A stretch of DNA of 63,718 nt, counting the filler, from Octopus bimaculoides (Eukaryota): NCBI RefSeq assembly GCF_001194135.2. It is 5 parts of 5 records of this genome, joined end to end, with 100 filler letters (N's around TTAATTAATTAA, not from the genome) between each part and the next. Parts side by side here need not be neighbours in the genome. Positions count along the whole stretch, not along the records: positions 26,182 to 40,812 come from NC_068987.1; positions 40,913 to 46,587 come from NC_068994.1; positions 46,688 to 57,618 come from NC_068998.1; 2 more parts are not named here. The stretch is one strand, 5' to 3'. Positions 39,315-51,544 of the stretch are shown piece after piece (the stretch's first letter is position 1; the number at the start of each line of letters is the position of its first letter). The position numbers were made by a program, and so were the translations under genes. Under the pieces are notes generated by a model. The model was not told the DNA's origin. It made no database searches and saw nothing but the letters and a program-made list of their open reading frames with translations.

Positions 39315-39485
39315 TGGTTTCAAATTTGGCACAAGGATTGTAATTTCGGGGTAGGAGGTAAATCGCATACATCGACCCCAGTGCTCAACTGGTACTTATT
39401 TTATCGAAAGGATGAAAGGCAAGGTCGACCTCAGCGGAATTTGAACTCAGAACGTAAAGACGGACGAAATGCCGCTAAGCACGAT
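39315..39485 (-). mobile_element. SINE family B
   Basis: TTTGGCACAAGG..ATCGACCCCAGTGCTCAACTGGTAC..GGATGAAAGGCAAGGTCGACCTC..GAATTTGAAC. Confidence 0.85.
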
Positions 39486-39519
39486 GCAGTACGAGGGACA
39501 AGCGGGGCTTAGCACAAAA

Positions 39520-39790
39520 CCTCGCGTGTAAAATTAAAACAAGAACACTTTAACAACAGAAATTCAACAATAAATTTCTCGAAAGGGGTATTTCCATCCA
39601 GGGAAAACCGAGGAACCCAGCACATCCTGATTAGCCCGACTGCCAGGGGCACTTCAGCGGGTGCCTCTCTCCTTCTCAACTCCTGGGGCTCACAAACGTA
39701 TGTTCAGAGTAGATCCATTCACGAGGGCCATCCTCACCACATTCATCCATTTTTCAACATAAAATACTGGTGGTGGGGACCGCATTATAT
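39520..39790 (-). mobile_element. Possible LINE 3' fragment (L1/Tx1-like?)
   Basis: FYVEKWMNVVRMALVNGSTL followed by a GC-rich UTR, next to (AAT)n. Assignment is weak. Confidence 0.35.
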
Positions 39791-39806
39791 AATAATAATA
39801 ATAATG

Positions 39807-39850
<44 letters not shown>

Positions 39851-40024
39851 GATTTCTAAATATAATCAGGACAAAGAACAATAAAGCGAAACAGATCTAA
39901 TTTCATCTAATTTCATAACGTAAGTAACTTTCTTCTCGAATTACAAAGAGATGAGTCACCTAACAGCTGAAACCAGAAGTGTTCTATTGGAGCACAGAAG
40001 AATATAGTGGGTAATTAGTTATGT

Positions 40025-40025
<1 letters not shown>

Positions 40026-40095
<70 letters not shown>

Positions 40096-40227
40096 NNNNN
40101 NNNNNNNNNNNNNNNNNNNNNNNNNNNNNNNNNNNNNNNNNNNNNNNNNNNNNNNNNNNNNNNAGAGAGAGAGAGAGAGAGAGAGAGACGAGCGGACAGA
40201 CGAGCCGGCAGGCAAGCAGGCAGGCAA

Positions 40228-40288
<61 letters not shown>
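40026..40288. repeat. (GA)n plus (GATA)n microsatellites
   Basis: Read directly; an N gap lies inside. Confidence 0.9.
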
Positions 40289-40538
40289 CAGTTAAATGCC
40301 GTCCAAGTCGACTTTGCCGTTCATCCTTTCAGGTTCGATAAACTAAGTACTAGACCAGTCTTTCTCCCAAATTGCAGGCCTTTTACCTTTGGTAGAAAAG
40401 ATTATTCATAATGTATGTACATTGGTCAATTTGTTCCTTACCTTGTACCCTCAACTCATTAACAGACTTGTAGAACCGTCACTAAATACGGCATGTCTTG
40501 AGGACGGCGCCGTTAATTACAGTGTATCTTGAAAGGCC

Positions 40539-40586
<48 letters not shown>

Positions 40587-40812
40587 GTCGCTCCAGATTT
40601 GAAGAAAGGAAGAGCAGGAATAGAATGGACTCTAACACTGGTACTTTATTTATCGATCCTAAAAGAATAAAAGTCAAAGCTAACTTCGGCGGGATTTGAA
40701 CTCCAAGAGTAGAGAGTCGGAATAATTACCGTAAAAGTAATCTATCTGTCTCTCTGACGATTCAACCAATTGGCCGCATTGTGGCTATGTGCAAATATAT
40801 CTTGTAGATTAA

Positions 40813-40912
40813 NNNNNNNNNNNNNNNNNNNNNNNNNNNNNNNNNNNNNNNNNNNNTTAATTAATTAANNNNNNNNNNNNNNNNNNNNNNNNNNNNNNNN
40901 NNNNNNNNNNNN
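40813..40912. other. Scaffolding linker gap
   Basis: N44-TTAATTAATTAA-N44. Confidence 0.9.
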
Positions 40913-41395
40913 ACCCTAACATCCTGAGATTGGTTCTCATCATTTCATCTCATGTTTTCTTGGATCCCCTTCTTCCACAGGTACCATCCACTGTCAGTGA
41001 CAGGCACTTCTGTATACAGCTTGTCTTTACTCATACGCATTACATGTCCAAACCAACGCATTCTCCTCTCCAGCATGCCACATTTAATTCCTCTTATACC
41101 TAAGTCTCAATACAGTTGCATTTTGTTGATCATGCACACTAATGCTGCAAATCTAATGAAGCATACTACCTTCATTCCTCTTCAGTCTATGCATGTCCTC
41201 TGCATTCAGAGCCCATGTTTCACTACCATGAAGTGCAGCCATTCATACACAAGCATCATACAAACTACCTTTCACATTGAGAGGGAGTCCTTTGTTGTCA
41301 ACAGAGTAATAGCTGTCTCAACTTCCTCCATCCTATTTTTATTCTAAAAGTAATACTTTCAGAGCATCCACCAGTTACTAATTTGGTTACCTAAG
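40913..41395 (-). mobile_element. RTE LINE ORF C-terminal fragment
   Basis: GSLYDACV*MAALHGSETWALNAEDMHRL..RRMRWFGHVMRM. Confidence 0.85.
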
Positions 41396-41404
41396 TAGCA
41401 GAAA

Positions 41405-41610
41405 CTATGTTCTAACTCAAGATAGCCTCCTGGACATTAGAGATTAGAAGACATATGGTATATACCTTATAGCTTACCAGTAAAGCACATTCACTTTCAC
41501 AGTGTTCATTGTGTATTTTGTTAATCAGAGAGATGGAAGATGGAATACAGATTGAGAAACATTGTAGTGGTTTTTGAGTTTCTCCCATCTTCTGTCTCTC
41601 TCATTAACCA

Positions 41611-41650
<40 letters not shown>

Positions 41651-42497
41651 AGACCTGACTACTGACCGAGACCTTTGGAAATGTGCTGTGCGTGAGAAGA
41701 CCCAGCAAGCCAAGTAAGATCATTGCCAGTGCCCCTGGACTGGCTCTTGTGCGGGTGGCACATGANNNNNNNNNNNNNNNNNNNNNNNNNNNNNNNNNNN
41801 NNNNNNNNNNNNNNNNNNNNNNNNNNNNNNNNNNNNNNNNNNNNNNNNNNNNNNNNNNNNNNNNNNNNNNNNNNNNNNNNNNNNNNNNNNNNNNNNNNNN
41901 NNNNNNNNNNNNNNNNNNNNNNNNNNNNNNNNNNNNNNNNNNNNNNNNNNNNNNNNNNNNNNNNNNNNNNNNNNNNNNNNNNNNNNNNNNNNNNNNNNNN
42001 NNNNNNNNNNNNNNNNNNNNNNNNNNNNNNNNNNNNNNNNNNNNNNNNNNNNNNNNNNNNNNNNNNNNNCGTTAGGAAGGGCATCCAGCTGTAGAAACTC
42101 TGCCAAATTAGATTGGAGCCTGGTGTTGCCATCCGGTTTCACCAGTCCCCAGTCAAATCGTCCAACCCATGCTAGCATGGAAAGCGGACGTTAAACGATG
42201 ATGATGATGATGATGATATATTGTGCATCAAATAAACTGATGTCTATGTTCTAACTCAAGAGAGCCTCCTGGACATTAGAGATTAGAAGACATATGGTAT
42301 ATACCTTATAGCTTACCAGTAAAGCACATTCACTTTCACAGTGTTCATTGTGTATTTTGTTAATGAGAGAGATGGAAGATGGAATACAGATTGAGAAACA
42401 TTGTAGTGGCTTTTGAGTTTCTCCCATCTTCTGTCTCTCTCATTAACCAAATATATATATATATATATATATTGTGCATCAAATAAACTGATGTCTA
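41405..42497. repeat. About 255-bp tandem duplication, first copy interrupted by an RTE 3' insertion
   Basis: 41405-41612 is near-identical to 42244-42451, and 42218-42247 recurs at about 42470-42497. Confidence 0.9.
41647..42217 (+). mobile_element. RTE LINE 3' end with (GAT)n tail
   Basis: DRDLWKCAVREKTQQAK*, then a UTR containing GTTAGGAAGGGCATCCAGCTGTAGAAAC, ending GTTAAACGATGATGAT. Confidence 0.8.
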
Positions 42498-43338
42498 TAC
42501 ATCAGTTTCTCCGTCTTCTTTTTCTAGTAAGTATATGTGTGTGTATACATATGTATGTATATATAGGTTATGAGAGGTAATGGTGTCAATAAGACCCATG
42601 TTTTCCTTTCAAATATAGTTTATACATACTTTTAAATATATAAGATGGCAGGTTTTGAGGGGACTACAATACATAAAACTTTTCGCTCAGTATATAGACT
42701 CTTAAAGGTCATATCTAATTTTTGCCACATTGGAAAGAAATAGAATTAATAAAATGGATATGAATAAACTAATTCAAAGAAAGCATGAATGCTCTCCTCA
42801 TTCGTTAAAACTTGTGTGTTTCTGTGTGTATATTCATAATTTTTGCATATATATATATGTGTGTGTATGTGTGTGTGTACATACATACACCAGATATTTG
42901 TAAAAGAGATTTGAAGTGTATAATGTGAATGTATGTGTGTTTAGTATATTTATGACAGTAGTATTTGTTAAGCTTGTGCAGCTAAGCCAACATCATATAA
43001 AATAGTGAATAAGAAAGAATTATCATTCACTGAGTTAGAAATATTTGGGAAATTGCATGAATTATTAAACAGCTGAACTGCAATTACTGATGTAAAGAAG
43101 TTAAAATAAACATATATAAAAAGAAACCCAAAAGCCACTACAATGTTTCCCATCTGTATTCCTCAGTTCTGCAGAAGAAAGATAGAAGACAGTTGAAAAT
43201 GAAAAATAAATAATGTATGAAATAATTATTTCCCTAACTGGAAGGGAACATGAAATATTGATAGTTCTTTTGCTTTCCCACATACACACACACATTTTAT
43301 TTATTTCTAGCTCAAAATGAGATATTACTGAATCTGTC

Positions 43339-43381
<43 letters not shown>

Positions 43382-45595
43382 ATTTATGTATGTATGTATG
43401 TATGTATACCCACACAAGCACATGCATTATACATACACACACACATCAGTAAGAAATACTCTTCCCGGAAACTCAATTTTTGAGAAATGTCTTGAATTTA
43501 AAGAATGATACCTGAAAGAATGATTTTTATTTTTATTCAAAAATTACCAAATCTTATTCTTATCATATTGGGAGAAGGAAAGTAATTATTTCTCTTATTT
43601 AGAGAAATTTATGTTTCAAAATTCATTTGTACTAAACTGTTTCTTTGCATCTACATTATAGTATGTCATTAGGAAGAACACATTTAAATATATCTTAGGT
43701 GTTTATCTTATTTATTCACTTTCTCACACACAGACTCAATCACACTCACATGCATATATGTTCACTTAGATGTGCACAACTAATAGTAATATTTTAGAGC
43801 TATCAAGTATGTTTTGTTAAACTGATGCATATATAGACACATGCATACACAAACTTTCATGTGAATTAGCTGTGTAAATGATAAATGATTTGATTGGTTC
43901 AACTTTGTGGGTGTAAGAGATTTCCTAAGAGAAGCTAAAAGTGTTGGATTGATGCTTCTAGTATCTTTCAGTACCAATCACAATCAACCAGTCAGAGGTT
44001 AATGCTAACAGACTTTCTCACTCAATCACAGATTCAAAAGTTACACACAGAGTATAGGCTTTCACCAAGTCATGATACAGACTCTCAAAGATCAGGACAC
44101 TGCAGCAACAGTGAAGCCTTTCATTGGGATACGTTGCCTATCATAGTTCAAAACTAGGGATAAAACAAAATGAAAGTAAGTTTTTACATTTACTTTTTAA
44201 TTTTATTTTATATATTTACTTTTCCTAAACATTCAAACTGGGAAAAATGTTCCGAATCATATGAATATCTCTGACTTTTCAGTTAAATGCATTCTCATAT
44301 AAATATAGAGTGCTTTTAAACAACTGAAAAAATAAAATAATTTCACAAAATCTGTGTAACATTCATTTTTGAAGTGAATAGAAATTAATGAAATTTCTCT
44401 AACTCTTTAAGAATAGGAAAATATTAAATAATAAAAGCTTTCCACATGAATTTGTTGAGAAAGAGGGAGTGCTATGTTATTATAGGGAAGTTTACAGAAA
44501 ACTATCTGTCATACCAGATCTTAAGGAGATTTTTCCCTTATTGGCTGTTGGGGATGTTTATTGATTTACTGTAATATAAGTCTTCATAGAATTCAGTCTC
44601 ATTGTGTAGCTAGCCTGAGGCTTTGTTTGAGTCAGAAAGACTTAACAATAGAGCATCAGTGATACAAAGAGTAGGATTCATGAAATCCACACTGAGGTCA
44701 TGAAACCTGACAGAGTTCTATAGATTGTAAGGAAAGGACTCTCTTGCTAGTGTTAGATATTGCAGTCTCCTATAATGTAATCATAGCTTTCATTGACAGC
44801 TGGGAGATAGTCAATCAAAATGGCCGACATTGGGAATTCTATTTAATCAATACTCTGTTAAAATAAAACACGGAACTTTTATCTGATATTTCTTTAGAAA
44901 GCTGAAATACTATATTAGTTTATAGATGCCCATTGATCAGTAAATTCTGATAATGTAAAATAAAATCAAAAATGTATTTCAGTGTAAATTTATAGAATTT
45001 TATACAATTTATCATTGAATTACTCAAGCCAAAATTAACAATTGACTAGAGCTAGGTCTGACATTCTGAATAGTTTTATACAATAGATTGAACCATATAT
45101 CAAAGACTAGTTGGCGTGTTGAAAATAATAGTGGCTAAAGAATATCTTGTTTCTAATCAGAGAATTGAAAGAATATTGCGTTTCGATAGGAAATTAATTA
45201 AAGTCAGATAAAAGGTGACTAATTAAAAGTTAACAGGAAATCACGTGTAGATATTTTTATAGTTCTGTTTAGGGGTTGTGTATATATGCTTTGTTTCTAT
45301 TAATGCAAATATACATTTTCACATGTTGAAAGTTTATAGCAATAAATGTGTATTTGTTTGTGCACAAGTATGTTAGGATGAATAAATGTATTGTATATAA
45401 ACTATGTATCATATCTGTGGAACAGATATTTAAATAATTATATGTACATATATGATATAAGCTAGAGCTGTACATATATGCACACACATTCTTATTTATA
45501 TATGAGCTTATATTTATACCTATAGGTGCATTTACAAATGTATATATACATGCATGTTGGTGTGTGTATGTATGTATATGCATGCATTGATGTAT

Positions 45596-45665
<70 letters not shown>

Positions 45666-45956
45666 ATACATACAGATACACATATATTAATGTCTGTTTT
45701 TATGTTCAGTTATAATAAAAACAATTTCACATTAATCTAATGGGTCACTCTATACTTTTGTAGAGTACAAATTTATTATTCTTAAACAAGAATGTTACTG
45801 ACAGTGACTTCAAAGTTTCACCTTACTAAGCCATCATTTGACTCTTAGCTGACTGAAACTTCAAAGTCACTGTTTAAGAATAATAAGTATAGATACACAA
45901 ACATATGCATGCATATGTATACACACACACACACACACATATATATATACACATTC

Positions 45957-45991
<35 letters not shown>

Positions 45992-46194
45992 CTGTCATGG
46001 GCTGGATGGATTAACAGGATTCAAAATGTACAAGAATTCCAACATGCCCCAGTGTCAACTTGGCCTGGTTTCTACAGATGGATGCCCCTCCTAGCACCAA
46101 ACACTTTACGACATGTATTGGGTGTTCTATTCAAGACATCAGCCCTTGTCAGGTTACTATGCAGCTTACAAGACTACAAAATCAGGACAGAGGA

Positions 46195-46587
46195 ATTGTA
46201 GCAGGGAATTGTACCAATCTGCCAGAAGGGAAGCTAGGCGACAGGTTTATTTAGTCAGAGGGGAAGCAGATAAGAAAAGATTTGCCAATGTTCTGCGCTG
46301 TGAGGATCAAAGACTTGAGACATTTTGTGTTGCAAGACAGTGTAGGAGAGAGAATAGTGATGTCGTAGGAGAGAAATGTGTTCGCATGGATGATGGTACG
46401 CTTGCACTAAATGAGGCTGCAAAGAAAGAGGTCTGGTGATGCCACTACAATAAATTGCTCAATAAAGAGAATGAATGGGAGAAAGAGAGTCTGCCGTGTG
46501 TTAACCCAACAGAGGGACCAGCTATCCGAATGAATTCCGGGTAGAGGTAGGGGTCCACCAAGGTTTCTGTCCTCAGCCCCCTCCTAT
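46195..46587 (+). mobile_element. RTE LINE fragment with internal deletion
   Basis: YQSARREARRQVYL..GEKCVRMDDG..KEVW*CHYNKLLN..EGPAIRM joined directly to VEVGVHQG..VLSPLL (an RT motif). Confidence 0.85.
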
Positions 46588-46687
46588 NNNNNNNNNNNNN
46601 NNNNNNNNNNNNNNNNNNNNNNNNNNNNNNNTTAATTAATTAANNNNNNNNNNNNNNNNNNNNNNNNNNNNNNNNNNNNNNNNNNNN
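46588..46687. other. Scaffolding linker gap
   Basis: N44-TTAATTAATTAA-N44. Confidence 0.9.
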
Positions 46688-46812
46688 TTATTTTTTGAAC
46701 CAGTGGAAGACACGCAAGATGTCGAAATATTGTTCACGAGATAGCAAATGGCACTCTTCTTTAAATTTTGACTCTATTATTAATAATAATAATAATAATA
46801 TTAATAATAATA

Positions 46813-46864
<52 letters not shown>

Positions 46865-46880
<16 letters not shown>

Positions 46881-47260
46881 GCCCAGATGCAGTACCATAC
46901 AGTAGCTCTCATGCCTTCTGCTCTTAACTGATTGGAAGTGTTATCATGTACATTGTTTTGTCTTGATATAAAAGATGGGATACATAAAATATTCTGCTCA
47001 AGATTTGCTTGTCAATTGCTTGACCTTAACCAGTTGAACATGTCCTTTAGTAGCTGACAATATGTACGCCTCTGATCATGAGCAGAAGTAGTGGGGGAGC
47101 ATCATAGCCATATGTTGCGAGGAATTCTTAGGGGTTTAGATAATTCCCCTTTGGAAACATGGGTGTTTTCTTCATCATACTTAAACAACCCTTATTCAGG
47201 AACATTTTGAGCAAGATGAGCTACTCAGCCTGAAGAAAATTCTAACTGGGCTCCAGTTTA
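46865..47260 (-). mobile_element. Retroposon 3' part ending in (ATT)n
   Basis: The minus strand ends GGTACTGCATCTGGGCATTT(ATT)n. Recognised from recall as an abundant octopus repeat. Confidence 0.55.
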
Positions 47261-47362
47261 TCTTGATATGAGATCACTATGCTGTTCACATATGGTTGTG
47301 ATGCATGTGCCTGGTGTACCCTTATCAGACGAGTAGTCATGATGAGTATACTGGGCTTCGTA

Positions 47363-47421
<59 letters not shown>

Positions 47422-49928
47422 TTATCTATCTATCCATCTATCTGTCTGTGTGTCTGTGTGTCTGTGTGTCTGTCTGTCTGCGTGTGTGGCTGTGTGGCTG
47501 TGTGTCTGTGTGTCTGTCTGTTTGTGTGTCTGTCTGTCTGTGCGTCTGTCTGTCTGCCGGCCTCGGAGAATCGAAAGCTGAAGTGGAGTCTAGCAGAATC
47601 TGGGTTAAGATCTTAAATGAAAGAATTCCAAAAATTCTAACGGTTTTACCCTGACATTCTAAATATCTGCTCTTAATTGCTCCTACTTAGAAAAAAGCAC
47701 TTTGGATAATGTGGCTTTGGGATTACTTCGCAGTTTCGTGACAGCTGAAATGCTTTTGATCATACGTGTGCATGTTCAGTATTGTAATAGCTGAAATCAT
47801 AGGTGTGCTAAACAACTACACCAACAACAAAAACAGCAACAACAGCGAAAACATATAAGCCTGGACAAGAATCTTTGCCTTCCAACTCGACCTGATAGAA
47901 CGAGTTGCGAAAAATACCTCAAATGAGACTCAGCTTTCTCAAAAATGGGAAAACATTTAACCGTGTGGCTTTATATAGGGGAAGAATTATTTGCTTTCAT
48001 GGTACTGAATTACTGCTGTTGCTTAGTGCTGATGTCTGTAATTAGTGAAAAACAACGACGTTGATGAATAGACTATGCTGCTAAAGAGATTAGATGTTTT
48101 TATTTCATGTGTCCAGACAACAAGGAATAAAATGTATACCCAGGTGACAGGAAAAGAAGAATCAAACTTTTGATTAGCCATACAATATCTTACTCATACA
48201 GCGAACAGAAGATTCCATATAAAACTTTGTTCGTCCCTCTAAACCCCACCTAAACGAAAAAAAAAAAAAAGCTAAAGAATGTCTATAAACAGTTAAATAT
48301 GGAAATTTCAATGTATTCATTGGCTCACGTTTTCAAAGAGAGTTTATCTGTATTCTTTTGACGTTTACTCAAGTTATCATGAGAGTTCTTTACCTTTTTC
48401 CGTATATTCACCAGAAACGAATTGATAAGCTGGTTCCTGTTCACTTATACGTAACCCCTATGGCACCGCGTGTGATGTAGGACCTATTCAGGTTAAATAC
48501 TGCGCAACGTATTGACTAACACACACACGCGCTCGCGTACGCTCACACGCGCAAATTTTATGATAAAGAATTTAACTCCCCAAAATAAGTTAAAAAAAGA
48601 AATAATAACAAAAATGCATTAACTGAAAAATAACTAACATANNNNNNNNNNNNNNNNNNNNNNNNNNNNNNNNNNNNNNNNNNNNNNNNNNNNNNNNNNN
48701 NNNNNNNNNNNNNNNNNNNNNNNNNNNNNNNNNNNNNNNNNNNNNNNNNNNNNNNNNNNNNNNNNNNNNNNNNNNNNNNNNNNNNNNNNNNNNNNNNNNN
48801 NNNNNNNNNNNNNNNNNNNNNNNNNNNNNNNNNNNNNNNNNNNNNNNNNNNNNNNNNNNNNNNNNNNNNNNNNNNNNNNNNNNNNNNNNNNNNNNNNNNN
48901 NNNNNNNNNNNNNNNNNNNNNNNNNNNNNNNNNNNNNNNNNNNNNNNNNNNNNNNNNNNNNNNNNNNNNNNNNNNNNNNNNNNNNATATATACGCACCTA
49001 TATATAATATATAATACATTCATACACACATATGTATATATATATATACTTGAACTTATTTGCATACATATATACATACATCTCTCTCTCTCTCCTTTCC
49101 TCTCGCTCTCTCTCTCTATATAGACATATACATACATATATATGTGTGTGTATGCATTCAATATATATTCATGCCATTAGATACATATATTCATAAGTAC
49201 ACGCATACATATTTCTACAAGTACGTACATATGTGCTCACCACGTAAACGCACACATACACATGGAATATTACACTTCTATTGAATATCTCGAAGAATTT
49301 GAATAAAATGAAATCAGCTTCAATCTATGCTATCTTTTGATAACTTTCTTTCCAATGATGGCACACACCAAGTCTCTCACAGCGCTATTTTATGATTTTA
49401 TAAAGAGAAAGAATAAACAAACAAAATAAACGACATTCAGAAATATGATCATAGAAAAATATGGAATAAAACAAAACAAATAAACAGCAATGAAACAACA
49501 AAATAACCAAGAAAAACAACAGAACAAATATCTATATCTTTGAAGAAGTTGAAAATGGAGATCGAGAAAATAAGTAGCAGACCATGTCTGTTAATTCCTC
49601 GGTTTACTTAAAAGATCAGATTCATTAATATCTGCATTGTCTTTATAGTTGAAATATTTTGATCCGCGGATCTTTTTGTAGTTACTTCCCTTTCTTAGCA
49701 TCAGTTATTGTTCTTTAGTTTTTCAACATCTCCAAAGTGTAATTTCATCTACTAATTCTTTGGATAATTACAGTGGATTTTATTATGTGACACTCTTCCG
49801 TATTTCAATTCATTGTTGAGAACAATCTCCTGAAGTTGTTTTTCTTAGCCATATTGTTGTCATTCATAATCAGTCGCACTACATGACAAGCATTTATATC
49901 TAAACACACACACACACGCACACGCACG

Positions 49929-49993
<65 letters not shown>

Positions 49994-50048
49994 GCTACAT
50001 ATATTTATATACATCAATATGCATATTTATGAATATATATATACATCG

Positions 50049-50081
<33 letters not shown>

Positions 50082-50095
50082 TGTATGTATGTATG

Positions 50096-50130
<35 letters not shown>

Positions 50131-50142
50131 TTATTTATCTAT

Positions 50143-50174
<32 letters not shown>

Positions 50175-50282
50175 GATATGATATAAACATTTATGCAGGT
50201 CTATATTTGAGAGATGAGGAATTATGTACATTATTTACATTATTTACATTTGACATATTTTTCCTCATCTTGTTTGTTGTTA

Positions 50283-50326
50283 ACACAACTGCTCGGCTGA
50301 TATACTTTCCAGCCCTCATCAGGTGT
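50283..50326 (-). ncRNA. Hammerhead motif in the Penelope pLTR, GAAA damaged
   Basis: ACAC CTGATGA G GGCTG-GAAAGTATAT-CAGCC GAG CAGTT GTGT. Confidence 0.6.
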
Positions 50327-50390
50327 CTTGGGGAAATTTCGAACCTGAGTTCTCATTCCTAAGGTATTTTTTGATATTATTATTATTATT

Positions 50391-50569
50391 TGTTATATCG
50401 CGCGTTCGGATGACCTCTACTCAACTCTCACTTCCGACGACTCGACTCTACAGAACTCGACGTCTAGTCTCGACGGCTCCTCACTCGTTCTGCTCGCTCT
50501 GGCTCGGTCTCTCGCCCTACGCTTTTCGTCTAGCTATTTATAAGTATTGGATGCCTGGGGGAGTCCACA

Positions 50570-50571
<2 letters not shown>
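50391..50571. mobile_element. Solo-LTR-like insert (181 bp)
   Basis: TGT...ACA termini, TTATT on both sides (within (ATT)n), TATAAATA on the minus strand. Confidence 0.5.
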
Positions 50572-50626
<55 letters not shown>

Positions 50627-51292
50627 GGAGCAAAGAATATAAGTAGCGATCCTGATACAAGCCACGAAGAAACGATCAAGCTAAGTAACAATCTATTAAG
50701 CAACAACTACCCCCAAAACATACTATCCACTCCAATTAGGAAGAAAAGAGAGGACGAAACCCATAAACTGACTACAGTCTGTCTACCCTATGTGAAAGGC
50801 CTCTCCGAAAAGATACAAAACATATGCGGCCCATATCACATCAAGACAGTATTCAAGAGTAATACAGCACTTCGCAAATATCTCCTTCGAGTAAAACCAT
50901 CAATAGAAGAAAATATGACCACGTGTACTCTATCCCATGCATCTGTGGTAGATTATACAAAAGTGGAACATGCCAACCCCTCAAAATAATGGTAGAGGAA
51001 CATTGCAAAGCTGTGACACGAGGAGATATTGATAAATCGGGTATAGCTGATAATGTTTGGAGAAACGGAGACCACCTCTCCCCGTGGGTTGAAATTAAAA
51101 TAATAGACAGAGAACACCACTGGAAAATACGAAAACTAAAACAAGCAGCACATATGCTAGAACATAATAACCTCCCAAGCAGACTTTGTGCAGATATGAG
51201 TAGCATATGGGAACCGGTATTAAGAAAGGATGGGGAAATATTTATAAGATTTATAAGCCATAAAATTCACTCCATAATTGCGCACGAACATA

Positions 51293-51360
51293 TAGAGTAG
51301 TGGTTAAGAGCACGGGCTACTAACTACAAGATTCAGAGTTCGATTCCAGGCAGTGACCTG
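51293..51360 (+). promoter_or_regulatory. tRNA-like Pol III A/B-box module in the Penelope 3' region
   Basis: TAGAGTAGTGGTTAAGAGC ... GAGTTCGATTCC, then (AAT)n and the pLTR. Confidence 0.6.
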
Positions 51361-51509
51361 GATAATAATAATAATAATAATATCAAAAAATACCTTTGGA
51401 ATGAGAACCCAGGGTCGAAATTTCCACAAGAGTATACCAGCCGAAAAGTTATGTTAACAACAATCAAGATGAGGTCATATAAATATATATATATGTTTAT
51501 GTGTGTGCT

Positions 51510-51544
<35 letters not shown>

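Larger units (their letters stand above)
50175..51475 (+). mobile_element. 5'-truncated Penelope-like element with inverted pseudo-LTRs
   Basis: 50627-51240 encodes an RT tail and GIY-YIG (LPYVKGLSEKIQNIC..VYSIPCICGRLYK..HWKIRKLKQAAHM). 50262-50390 is the inverse of 51380-51473. Confidence 0.9.

Noticed and set aside
49560-49830. Possible Helitron coding remnant
   Set aside because: No convincing motif in any frame.
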